The position numbers and the translations under genes are program-made. 64,000 nucleotides of DNA from Octopus sinensis. Lineage: Eukaryota. How positions within the stretch are numbered: the stretch's first letter is position 1; each line of letters opens with the position of its first letter. Below the pieces are notes generated by a model. The model had not been told where the DNA came from, did no database searches, and saw only the letters and a program-made list of their open reading frames with translations. Shown one piece after another: positions 52,228 through 64,000 of this stretch. Location of the stretch: contig NC_043005.1 of the NCBI RefSeq assembly GCF_006345805.1, positions 98,270,001-98,334,000 of the forward strand, given 5' to 3'.

Positions 52228-52557
52228 GAGTGAGTGGACAAACAAAAGAAAAGGGCACTCAAGACATTTAATAGGAGTTACATGTTTGGCTTCTATGCTG
52301 CTTCAAGTTTCGCAGGCTCCTTTCAGTCCAATCCTTTGGCCATTTCAGAAGACTTAATGAGACAGGATCTGTTAGGGGCCTCCAAAACTTGAAGTAGCAC
52401 AGAAACTGAACCAAACTGTTTTAAATTATGTGTGTGTGTTTGTGTGTTTGTGTGCACGTGTGTGTGTGTATGCATACAAATTTTCATAGACATACATATA
52501 CACACATATGCAAATACATAATATATACTTGTGTATGTATAAACATATATCTATGTT

Positions 52558-52613
<56 letters not shown>

Positions 52614-52652
52614 CATATATATATATATATATATAATATATATATATATATA

Positions 52653-52814
52653 TTGGCTTAGATTTTCCTTTGGGGCTGGCCAGGTCGGAGCAATCTCAAG
52701 ATTATCAGCCGAAATTGCGAGGATGATCCGGTTCTTGACTGAAGATAAAAGGCTTCGAATGTCCCGTCCGTTTTTTGTATCGTCTTCTAAATGTTTTGCG
52801 TTCTTGTCCCAGTT

Positions 52815-52815
<1 letters not shown>
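52653..52815 (+). mobile_element. Interspersed repeat family F between (TA)n tracts
   Basis: Homologous to 54694-54858 (+) and 54918-55170 (-). Confidence 0.7.
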
Positions 52816-52846
<31 letters not shown>

Positions 52847-53264
52847 CATGTGTGCATGTGTGTATGTGTGTGTGTGTGTGTGTGAATGGAGGGTATCAGT
52901 GGAAGGGCTAAACCCAGAAAGATGTGGGAGGAAGGGGTGAGAAATGATCTTCAGATGTTGGACCTCACAGAGGACAAGGGACTGAGACCTGTGTGCTTGA
53001 GAGGATGTGTTTGTTGTATATGTTCAGGAAGATAGTGCAGAATCAGTAACTGTTGACTGCATCATGTTGATGATGCTTGGATGCTGAGCATTAACGAGGA
53101 ATCACATTATAGTATCTGTGTAGGAGTGGGGGGGGTATTTGTTGGGAGTTATGGTACACATATGCATTGAGTACGTGTAGTTGATAATATTTACAACACC
53201 CTGGTTCTAATTCATAATTAAATTCATTCTTACGTATGCATCTTACAGTATGTGTCACCACTGT

Positions 53265-53525
53265 GCAGGTGGCATGTAAAAAACACCATTTTCGAGCGTG
53301 GCCATTGCCAGTACCGCCAGATTGGCCCTTGTGTCGGTGGCATGTAAAAAGCACCCACTACACTCATGGAGTGGTTGGCGTTAGGAAAGGCATCCAGCTG
53401 TAGAAACTCTGCCAGATCAGATTGGAGCCTGGTGCAGCCTCCTGGCTTCGCAGACCCCAGTCAAACTGTCCAACCCATGCTAGCATGGAAAGCGGACGTT
53501 AAACAATGATGATGATGATGTTGAT
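53265..53525 (+). mobile_element. SINE family C
   Basis: Conserved body and (GAT)n tail. Confidence 0.8.
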
Positions 53526-53894
53526 GATGCATCGTCATCACATGACAGACCAGACCTTTTTACACTATTTATATATAGTAACATAATGACGATTCAGTTG
53601 CCCCACTCCCCCTTGTTTGACTCAGGTGTGTAATGTTGATAAGCCACAAAAAATGGTGAAATATCAGTATCCACCACTCCTGAATGGTATTAAGAGTGAT
53701 TTGTCTCACCTGTCTATGACTTTCAAGTGTTTTAATACCCAATGCTTTGAGGGAGCCATCCCCACCTTGCTAAACTGCAGCATACTGAAAACACAGTTTG
53801 AGGGTGTGAGGTTGAAAGTATTTAAAAAAACTAGCTCTACTTCTAACTCATAATTGAATACACACACACACACACACACACTAATGTATGCATG

Positions 53895-53936
<42 letters not shown>

Positions 53937-54034
53937 ACACACATATATATATATACATACATATATATACGTATATATACATACATATATATATACATAC
54001 ATACATACATACATGCATACATACATATACATAC

Positions 54035-54090
<56 letters not shown>

Positions 54091-54579
54091 CAATAAGAAT
54101 AAAACAAATGTGTATTGTAGGTTATTGCTACATACTTCCATAGCATATTTATTCAGAAACATATGCAGTGAAATAATCGTTAATCATATTCTTATCGCTA
54201 TAGATTATGCCACATCAAATGCACAATTATTCCTTTGAAACACACTTGGATTTTCAGAATATCTAATATCAGTAAACTACCATTTCAACTCTGAATTCAC
54301 TACTGAACTGGATGGTTAAAGTTCCTGGTATATTCAGTATAAACCGCTGTTTAGACAAAATACAAAGAGTTGTTTTGCTGTTGATCTACCTTGATCTAAT
54401 TTAATTGATCCCCTCTATTACATATAAGGACTGAACACGAAAAGTGGACAGTCAACATGCTAGATATAGACGTCAAATTGCCATTCTCCACAAAGATTAT
54501 GTTCTCAAATAAAATAAAATTCAGTACAAACCAAAGCAATAAATAAGACAAATGAAAATATATGAAATGAAATAATCAC

Positions 54580-54642
54580 CTGTGTACTGATCAGTTTCAG
54601 TTATTAATATCTGCAAGGATATCTGTAACTTCGTCAGCACAG
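54580..54642 (-). ncRNA. Type-I hammerhead ribozyme motif (HHR9)
   Basis: Minus strand CTGTG|CTGACGA|AGTTA…TAACT|GAAA|CTGATCA|GTA|CACAG; all stems Watson-Crick; 10-nt palindrome ACUGAUCAGU. Confidence 0.8.
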
Positions 54643-54654
54643 TCTGTTATAAAC

Positions 54655-54693
<39 letters not shown>

Positions 54694-54697
<4 letters not shown>

Positions 54698-54858
54698 CCG
54701 AAATTGTGAGGATAATCTGGTTCTTGACTGAAGATAAAAAACTTCGAATGACTCATCCTTGTTTTCCTTGTATCATCTATCTGGATGTTTTGTTGTCCCT
54801 TTTTATATCACCTAGTTGTCCAGATGTTTTGTGTTCTTGTCCCATTTTGTATTCCATT

Positions 54859-54904
<46 letters not shown>

Positions 54905-55170
54905 GCATATATGTATATGAAAAACAAAAATGGGATAAGAACCCAAAACATCCAGACTGAGGATACAAAGAAAACAAGGACGGGTCATTTGGAGTTTTCT
55001 TTCCTCAGTTGAGTTCCAGATTATCTTTGCAATTTCAGCTGGTTATACTCAAGATTGCTCCAATCTGGCCAGCCTCAAGGAAAAACTAAGCTAAAAGCAC
55101 TAGATTCCTTGGAAGAAAGCAGCGAATGTATATGAAAACAAGGACAGAAAAAAATAAACAGAGAAATGGT
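54694..55170. mobile_element. Inverted pair of family F repeats around a (TA)n tract
   Basis: 54694-54858 (+) and 54918-55170 (-) share CAGC(C/T)GAAATTG…GATAATCTGG…CCTTGTTTTC. Confidence 0.7.
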
Positions 55171-55995
55171 ACTGAAATTGCAAAGATAATCTGGAATTTG
55201 TATGACTCTATTATTCTTTCTATTCTTTCATTCTTTCCTTCTTTCTATCAGCCCCTTCACACTTACTTCGTTCATTCCACTCTTCGTTCTTTTGTTCCCC
55301 CTCTCTCACATTTCCTGGCCTTCTCTTTATGCTCACCTTCCCTCCTCTTTCACTTCACTCGGTCCCTTTCCTTTTTTCTCGCCCCTCCTTAATTCTTCTA
55401 TCCCTCTGCCTCTACCTCTCTCTCTTCTCTCCCCACGTGACCTGTGTTTGACCAAGACTGACTTTTCTTCCTCGGTTCAACTACCATCCATGTAACATCT
55501 ATATTCCTTCCTGTGCTTGTCAAATCTTATGTTCCTATCATAAGGCTTTACTTCCACACACACCAGCTTAATTTAATTGTCCTTAGTTGAAAGACACCTG
55601 TTATATGCTGTTATTTGTATTTGTGTACCATTTCTCTGAGGGTTTTTTCCGTCCTTGCTTTTGTATACATTCACTGCTTTCCTCCAAGGAATCTAGTGTT
55701 TGTTTACGTTTGGTTTGTTGAATGTCTCCACTGTCCTGTTTTTGTTACCAACTTTGACCCTCCACAAATCCCAAATTTTATTTTGGTTCGTGGGAGCAAC
55801 TGCCTTTTCAAAGCCTCATATTGTCGTTAATTGCTCTAAATGTGGAGTAGATGGCCAACCGGCAACTGATGAAGAGCTGTTTTTTATGTTACTTGTCTTA
55901 TTTACCATTTGTTTACCATATATCTATCTATATTGCATGTATGTATGTATGTATGTTTGTATGTATGTATAAATAGATAGGTAGGTAAATAGATC

Positions 55996-56033
<38 letters not shown>

Positions 56034-56118
56034 GGATGGATGGATGGATGGATGGATGGATGGATGGATGGATGGATGGATGGATGGATGGATGGATGGA
56101 TGGATGGATGGATGGATG

Positions 56119-56154
<36 letters not shown>

Positions 56155-56648
56155 TGTTTCTTTATTAGCCACACAGGGCTGCAAACAGACAGGACAGATT
56201 ATAAAGTAGAGCTTTTCTTTTTGGGGGAGAAGAAAAAAAAAATATAAAGATGGGGTAGGTTGAGAAAAAATATTGGAGACAAAACTGAATTTTGGTGCAT
56301 ATCAAAGTTGATGGATATGATGAGAAAAATGATTAGGCATCTAACAGTATTGACTTGTATATGTAAGGGGTCATTTGTGTTGCATTTACGTAAGTCATGG
56401 TTATTAAATGTGAGTGTTGAGAGGTGCCTGTAACAAATCTGCTCCAAGAGAGTCTTGGGATGAAATAGTGCAAACAAATGTTAGATCTCATAATTATAGG
56501 GTATCTGGGTATCTCAGATAAGATCACATATCAAGAGACAATCTAACAAAGAACTATTTTCCCTCTTTCATCAGAGTAAAATCAAAAGCTTAACATGATG
56601 GGGGTGGAGATGGTGGTGATGGTGTTGTTGGCATTGGTAATGGTTTTG

Positions 56649-56694
<46 letters not shown>

Positions 56695-59268
56695 AAGTAG
56701 TAGTAGTAGTAGTAGTGGCAGCAGCAACTACAGCATGGTGGTGTTATGAAAAATTTTGATGGTGTTGGTGGTAATGGTGATTGTCTTTGTGGTGGTTGTG
56801 GCTGTAGTATGAATGTACTATCAAAAATTAATGATTAAGAGAGTGATGCTACTGCTGCTGCTGCTGCTGATGATGATGATGTTAAAATATTGATGAGGAC
56901 AGTGATGATGATGATGTAAAACAAATTGATAGTAACAATGATAATAATGACAATAAAAAATTGATAATGAAAATTATGATAGCAATGATGATAACAATAT
57001 TAAAAAAATATTGGTGATAATGATAGTGATGGTGAAATTATTGATAATAATAATAATAATAATAATAATAGCCATAACAACAAGAACAGCAATATAGTCA
57101 TGGTGATGATGATGATGATGATGATGATATTAAAAAAATTCATGATTATGATGATAACAATGATGATGGATATGAAGACAATTGAGGATATGAATGATGA
57201 TAATAGAAAAAAAAATTATTATAATGGTAGTGAGATGAAGATAATGATGTAGCCGGTGGTGGTGGTGGTGGTGGTGGGGCCATAATATTCTAATACAGAA
57301 TGACAATATATTCACTGGTGAATGTTTTCTGTTAATCACTGTCCTAATAGGCATTGAAGTAAATCCTAAGGTGTCACTGGCGCCATTTCCATTAGCCATT
57401 TTTGAGGCAACGATTAGAACAGAGGACAGCTTATTATCTTTAGTTTGGATTATAATTTTTTTTTGTTTGTGAAAGAATTCTCATGAAACAGTCTTTATAT
57501 TGCATTTGAGACACAGAGATTAGATAATTTAAGTCAGATTTTTGAATTTTGACATGGTTTCTGTAAGATTCTTGCAAAAATGTCTTCTAGTCATTATGGC
57601 TAATGTAAAAATAATTATTGGAGGTGGATTTGATAATGGAATATTTTTTCCTGAACACATTAAGATTCAGAAAAGTGGCAGCGGCAATGGCAGCAGTAAC
57701 AATAACAGACTTGATCTCAGCTCTTTGTAGTGATGGATGATACCAAGAATTCTTTAAAGAGAATCAAACCGTTAGCAATTCAAAACTCTTCATTTCAGAT
57801 AAACTGTGTACCACAGACATAGATGCAAATAATTTTTCTTCTAATTATTATTAATTAGCCATAATTTGGCAATCTGGCAGAACCGTTAGCATGCTGGGCA
57901 AAATGTTTAGTGGAATTTCATCCATCTTTATGTTTTGAGTTCAAATTCTGCTGAGGTTGACTTTGCCTTTCATCCTTTCAGCATCGATGAAATAAGTACT
58001 AGTTATGCACTGGGGTCGATGTAATAGACTAGTCCCCTCCCCCAAATTTCAAGCCTTGTGCCTTCAGTAGAAAGGATTATCAAGTAGCTCTAAGGCCTTA
58101 TTGGCTGATAGACTCATTAGCACAGTGGAGAAAATGCTTTACAGCATTTCTTCTGGTTTTATGTTCTGAGCTCAAATTCCACTGAAGTCACCTTTGACTT
58201 TCATCCTTTTCATGTGGGTCGATAAAATACGTACCAGTCAAGTACTGGGGTTGGTGTAGTTAACTTCAACCTGTGCTAACGTTTGAAACCTAGCCATAAG
58301 AAGCAAACCAGTATCTGGGTTTTATTTGACTCTCTTCACTCTTAGTTAGATTCCACTGAAATCAACTTTGCCTTCCATTTTTATTGGGGCTGATTAAAAA
58401 ATACCAATGGATCAGATTAGCAGAGCTGTAAAAATGTTGGACTAGGTTCTTTGCAGTATTTGTTCAAGTTCTTAGGGTTCAAATCCCACCATGGCTTAAG
58501 ATCTTGGTGCCTAGATACCAGCCTGTTGCTGTTTAGCCTTATGTCAAACCTAATTGTGAAGGCCTATGGTAAAAGGCTTCCAACCATGACTGTCTTGCCT
58601 TTTCTTGTGCATGTGCATATGTATAAAATCCAGAGTAGCAATATCTAGTATATTCTATGTGATTTGGAGGAGATTTGGCTGCTATTTCCTCTGCATGCTT
58701 TCCTCTCTACTCTTCACCTGTCTCAGAGACTCTACAAAGGACTATGGATATTCCGTTTCCTCCTGACTAAAATATAAAAATGGTCCTTCTTCTAGATTGG
58801 TGGAATGGATGTATCTAGGGAAAAAATTGAATGGAAATGAAATTTCCGTGGGGGACAGATATGGGAGGAATGATTTGACAGTGGTTTTATGTTGGAAACT
58901 GAGAATGAAACTCAGTGTTCATGGTAAGAACAAAAGATAGTTTCAAGTTCAGTGAATCAGTTTTGTAACAACAGTAGTTGAAAAGGAATATTATGCACGA
59001 GAGCTAATTGCCATTGTGGTTTGGCAAGTGAGTCTTAGCTGACTTACCTAGAGAAGGTACGAGTTAGTACAGAGAAGCAGTGACTGTTGCAACAGTAGTA
59101 GAAGAAGAATCAGAGAGAAGAATCTTTACACGTGGAATTGACGATTGTAGCGTTTTGATGAGTGGATCTTGTCAAATCAGTTGAATAGTCTACTCTTAGA
59201 TGTGGTCTAAAATCATCATCATCATCATCATCTTCATCATCATCATCATCCTCATCATCTTCATCATC

Positions 59269-59311
<43 letters not shown>

Positions 59312-59886
59312 GCTGAAGCATTCCAGGTATGTGAGGGGTAGCAATACCTAGCATATTCTATGTGATTTGGAGGAGATTTAGCTGCTATTTCTTGCAGGTC
59401 AGGTGACTAGACAGAGTCAGTTTCATTGGTACCAGTGGCTGGTGTCTAGGCACCAAGAAAATGATGCCTATACACAGAAGGAGAGAAAGGAGAGAAGAGT
59501 GACATCTTTTGTTTGGGTGTGTATTGCTGGAAGTAACATTAGTAAGATCATTTCAGTCTAGAAAGATAATGCTAATACGTGACCTCCCATTCCCATTTGC
59601 TTTTCAACTGGTTAGCCAGAGTGTCAATGGCCTGTCTGTAAAGCTTTCAATTAGTGAACTCTGCATCAGTTAAGCTGAGCTGTCAGGGGACAACAACGCA
59701 GCAACAACAATGGTTTCGATAACAACAATAAGCAAATGCTATTTTAGCAGTGAATTAAAGATAAATCTCAAAATATGAAAAACGCTCATATTATATGTAA
59801 TACGTAGGAAATTTTGTAGAAATGGATAAATGGAATACCAATAGAACTACATGCTATATGTATGTGTGTGTGTGTATGTGTGTATA

Positions 59887-59962
<76 letters not shown>

Positions 59963-59963
59963 T

Positions 59964-60007
<44 letters not shown>

Positions 60008-60011
<4 letters not shown>

Positions 60012-60160
60012 AGAGTTTACCAAAAAAACAAAAGACAAAGACAGGTGGTGTACAAAACAAACAGATGTATTAGTATAATGCTCAGGAATAGAAAAGTCTT
60101 TCGAGCCTACGCTCTTCTACAGAAAGGGACACAGAAAAAACAAAGAAGAAACAAGGAGAG
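60008..60160 (-). mobile_element. Family D element lacking stem III and the cleavage site
   Basis: GAAAAGTCTTTCGAGCC versus GAAAAAGTCTTTTATGTTTCGAGCC in the 26-kb copy. Confidence 0.7.
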
Positions 60161-60315
60161 AAATATATATATATAGGGTGGGGCCAAAATTCACACACAA
60201 AGTAAGTTCAATGTACAATGGAATTGTCAAAGATGTGCTTCAATTTTTCTAACTTTGAATAGAATAAATAAAATAATTATTAATACACATGTACTTGTAC
60301 ATGACAAACAAAATG

Positions 60316-60357
<42 letters not shown>

Positions 60358-60375
60358 GATGATATAATAATAATA

Positions 60376-60414
<39 letters not shown>

Positions 60415-60559
60415 TAACAATAATAATAATGATAATGATAATAACAACAACAACATAACTAAAAGGGCAAATATTTTAATGCATTACTTTTGGCCCATCT
60501 TTTATGTATGTATGTATGTATGTATGTATGTCTCTTCTGTTTTATAATTATTATAAATC

Positions 60560-61092
60560 TTCCACTGAGGAAGGAGCTGGTTTCCAACAAAGATACAAAG
60601 CTCCATCTTTGGGATGTAGTTAACAAAGACATATTCACATTTGGAACTTGAGAAAAGTCTTGCATATCTTTACTGTTCCACTCACAGATTACACATGTAA
60701 TGTAAAAATCAGCTGGTAAATTTCTCTTTCTGAAAATCCCAGTTTATCCAGATTCTCCTTTAAGCATTTACTAATAAAACCTAGTGCTCCAATTATTACT
60801 GGTATGAATATAAATTCATAGTCTGGATATAGAAGCTGGGGGTTTTGAAGCAGTTGTCCATAGATATCCTCTTTTTCTTTGCTTTCCAAAGAGATATTTG
60901 TATCTGCAGAGCAGCTAACTTCTATTACAATACATACCTTGGCCCCTCTGTCCCAAACAACAATATTCGGCCTGTTATGTTTACATTTGACAGAAATTTT
61001 GGTGGGAATATTCCACTAGTATTCCATGAGTTGGTGTTTATGAATATATTCCATAACAGAGGGATTTTCTAAGTTTATTTCAGGACAGTCTT
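60560..61092 (-). mobile_element. RLE-type non-LTR retrotransposon 3' end (R4/R2/NeSL-like)
   Basis: KHNRPNIVVWDRGAKVCIVIEVSCSAD…KEDIYGQLL…FIPVIIGALG (degenerate PD…E.S…K motif). Confidence 0.75.
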
Positions 61093-61574
61093 TTTTGAGG
61101 ATGGCATTGCATGTATGTATGTATGTGTATGTATGTATGTATGTATGTATGTATGTATGTATGTATGTATGTATGTATGTATGCACAGAAAGAGAGACTC
61201 TTCCCTCAAGAGAAAATGCATCAATATCAAGTTGTTCAATCAACCAAATGGCCTCTTCATAGAATTAATGGGTCAAGTAGCTGTGTACTCCATAGACAGT
61301 TTGTACTCTTACTGTAGCTCTCTGCCAGAATCAGCATGACATAGTGGTGTGCCAAAGCTGAATTTCTGAATTATATATATATATTATATATATTTGATGG
61401 GTTTCTTTACAGTTTCCATCTATTCTATTTTAGTCACAAGGCTTGAGGGCAACCCAACGTTATGATAATGAGAAAAGATGTTTGTTCAAGATACTATGCA
61501 GCAGTGTAAAACATGGTTGCTATGCAAATGCCTTAAATAGCCAACCATACCTCTATATTCATGCATATTTAAAT

Positions 61575-61793
61575 ATATGTATGTATATATTTATGTATGT
61601 ATGTATGTATGTATGTATGTGTGTATGTATGTATGTATGTATGTATGTATGTATGTATGTATCTATCTATCTATCTATCTATCCATCTGTTTATCTATCT
61701 GTCTATCTATTTGTCTGTCTGTCTTTCTCTCTATCTGTCTGTCTGTCTATGTCTGTCTGTCTGTCTCTATCTATCTGTCTGTCTGTATGTCTT

Positions 61794-61824
<31 letters not shown>

Positions 61825-61903
61825 GTCTGTCTGTCTGTCTATCTATCTGTTTATCTATCGGTCTATCTATGTCTGCCTGTCTGTCTATCTGTCTGTCTGT
61901 ATG

Positions 61904-61938
<35 letters not shown>

Positions 61939-61979
61939 ATTTATTTATTCATCTATTTATCTATCTATCTGTCTATCTA

Positions 61980-62041
<62 letters not shown>

Positions 62042-62071
62042 AATCTATTTATCTATCTATGTGTGTTTGTA

Positions 62072-62110
<39 letters not shown>

Positions 62111-62280
62111 GCATGTGTATGTATGTATGTATGTAACTGTGTGTATGAGTGTGTATGTGTGTGTGCGGGGGGGTTTGTCTCTGTGTGTGTATGTGTGTGT
62201 GCATGTGTCTGTCTGTGTGTGTATGTGTGTGTGCATGTGTCTGTCTGTGTGTGTCTGTCTGTGTATGCATGCATGCGTGT
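61575..62280. repeat. Compound (TATG)/(ATCT)/(GTCT)/(GT) microsatellite
   Basis: Accounts for the 306-aa ORF at 61443-62363. Confidence 0.95.
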
Positions 62281-63318
62281 ACCATTGTTTTCTTTTTTCT
62301 GGTTTTAATTTTTTTTCAAAACAGAAAAATATTTATGCAGCACTAATTAACAGCTTGTTGTAATTCACTGATTTCACCAGTTTTAATTACTTTTAATTAG
62401 TTCCTTATTATAAATCCTTAATCAAATAACATGAAAGATAAATTTTGCAGTGTTTTAACAACATTTTTAAAATTATTAACGTACAGACAGCAGCAGCAGC
62501 AGCAGCAACAACAACAACAACAACAACAATAACAACACAGACAATACATTGTATTAAAAACTTTGTCTTCTTTGTTCCAGGAAAAGAAATTTTGATAAGA
62601 ACAGACTTTAAATTGATTAGATTTAATAATATTGCTAACGAAGCTGTGAAGTTTCAGCATTATGAAGTATGTTGGTAATGAACCAAAATGAAACAGTAAA
62701 ATACTTTAAATAAACTGGGAAGTTGCAGAACAATCACTCATCTGAGCAGAGTTATGATCAGAGATAATCCAAATGTGGCCATCATGTCTTTGTTTAAGGT
62801 GTAATGCATCAAAAACTACATTATTCTGGATACACAGATTTCTTTTTTTTTTTATGTGAGTTGAGGGAAATTTAGCTGCCATTTCTTGCAGTTTATGCAA
62901 CCATGTAAAGACTCATTCATTGGTTTGATTCAGCTGTGTGGAGAAATAATGTTCTTTGTGAAGTGACTCTGAGACAGTCTTACATACCTGTTTTGATAAT
63001 TTCATTTGTCTGATATAACTGAAGACTTTGGTTCTATAATATTTATGAGGAATCAGAAATGAGATTATGTGGCATGAATACTACATAATATAATTTCTGT
63101 TTCTTTATAAATCAGAGAGAATTTCAGCTGCTTGAATTGGCAGTGTACCAAAATTCAGGCAGATACACAAATGCTATCAGCTTGCATTTTGTTATAAATG
63201 CTGTGTTTTGTCTCAGGCAAATACACTTCATAATTTCAATAGCCCAGCTTGTTAGAGAGTAACTCTGACTTTTGAGGCTCCTTAAATATATATTTCTAGA
63301 AAAAATTCCTCAAGATAT

Positions 63319-63365
63319 GTCATGCTGAAAATTTCTAAAATGAATGAAACAGTGTTGTACATGAT
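63319..63365 (+). ncRNA. HHR-like motif with one core substitution (G8A)
   Basis: GTCATG|CTGAAAA|TTTC-TAAAAT-GAAT|GAAA|CAGTGTT|GTA|CATGAT. Confidence 0.4.
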
Positions 63366-64000
63366 TATAACTGACAAGAAATTTTAAGAATTTCATAATA
63401 AGGAAAAACAAAAAAATCCAATGCATCTATTTTATTATTCCTTAATTTCAAATTCAAAACTGTTAATCCCACCAAATATTATGATGAAATAATTATCTCC
63501 CTTGTATTAACTGTCTGCTAAGAGACACCAAGTGTTTGAAATATCTGAATGTTACAGCATAAAATATAATCTTAAAATAAAAAAAGAAAAGTCATTAAGA
63601 GATCAATTTACATTTTAATTTCTAACTTTAATGCTTATAATTAGATTTTCACAATCAATATGTTTCTGTATTTTAAATCGTCGCTTTTCTTAAATGCAAC
63701 ATTAGGTTACAGTAATGAGGCATTTGTTAGATTGCATCTTTCCTTTATAAAATAGTTCCCCTATCCCTGATCCGCTGTATGAGGATGTATGTAAACAGAT
63801 GCTGCAAGATGATACACAGTTCTTAGGTGTAATGTGTGTGAATGAGTATTTTCAATCATTCATTTTGTCATTTTATTCTTTAGCAAAAGAGGTTTACTGT
63901 ATAAGTACCAGCCTTTAAAAAAGTACTGGGGTTGATTTATTTGACTAAACTCTACAAGGTGGTGCCACAGCTTGGCCACAGTCCAATGACTGAAAGTTAA

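Noticed and set aside
61443-62363. Longest ORFs (306 aa and 243 aa) and all similar YI/MYVC/HT/poly-Y ORFs
   Set aside because: They are translations of microsatellites with no stop in frame; there is no protein-like content.

Overview
Very AT-rich eukaryotic intronic or intergenic DNA, saturated with microsatellites ((TA)n, (CA)n, (TACA)n, (ATCT)n, (ATC)n, (TTA)n). The repeat families look like those of an octopus genome (inference from recognition; not verified). I cannot support any intact host protein-coding gene: almost all listed ORFs are microsatellite read-throughs. Recognisable mobile elements are two decayed DD37D (maT-type) Tc1/mariner transposons, a Penelope-like element (PLE) remnant with RT and GIY-YIG motifs, fragments of R4/Dong-like, RTE and CR1 LINEs, at least four SINE families, a non-autonomous Helitron, and a TIR element with an 8-bp TSD nested in another repeat. 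The main discovery is a dense, multi-family set of type-I hammerhead ribozyme (HHR) motifs. Nine have an intact CUGANGA/GAAA/NUH core, base-paired stems I and II, and short, mostly palindromic stems III. Six copies of another family carry a variant core (CUGUNGAA), and several more are truncated or decayed. Two homologous copies show compensatory changes in stem I. Many sit in head-to-head inverted duplications whose 3' ends face outward and abut (TA)n tracts, consistent with PLE-derived non-autonomous elements. All folds were derived by eye; no activity was tested.
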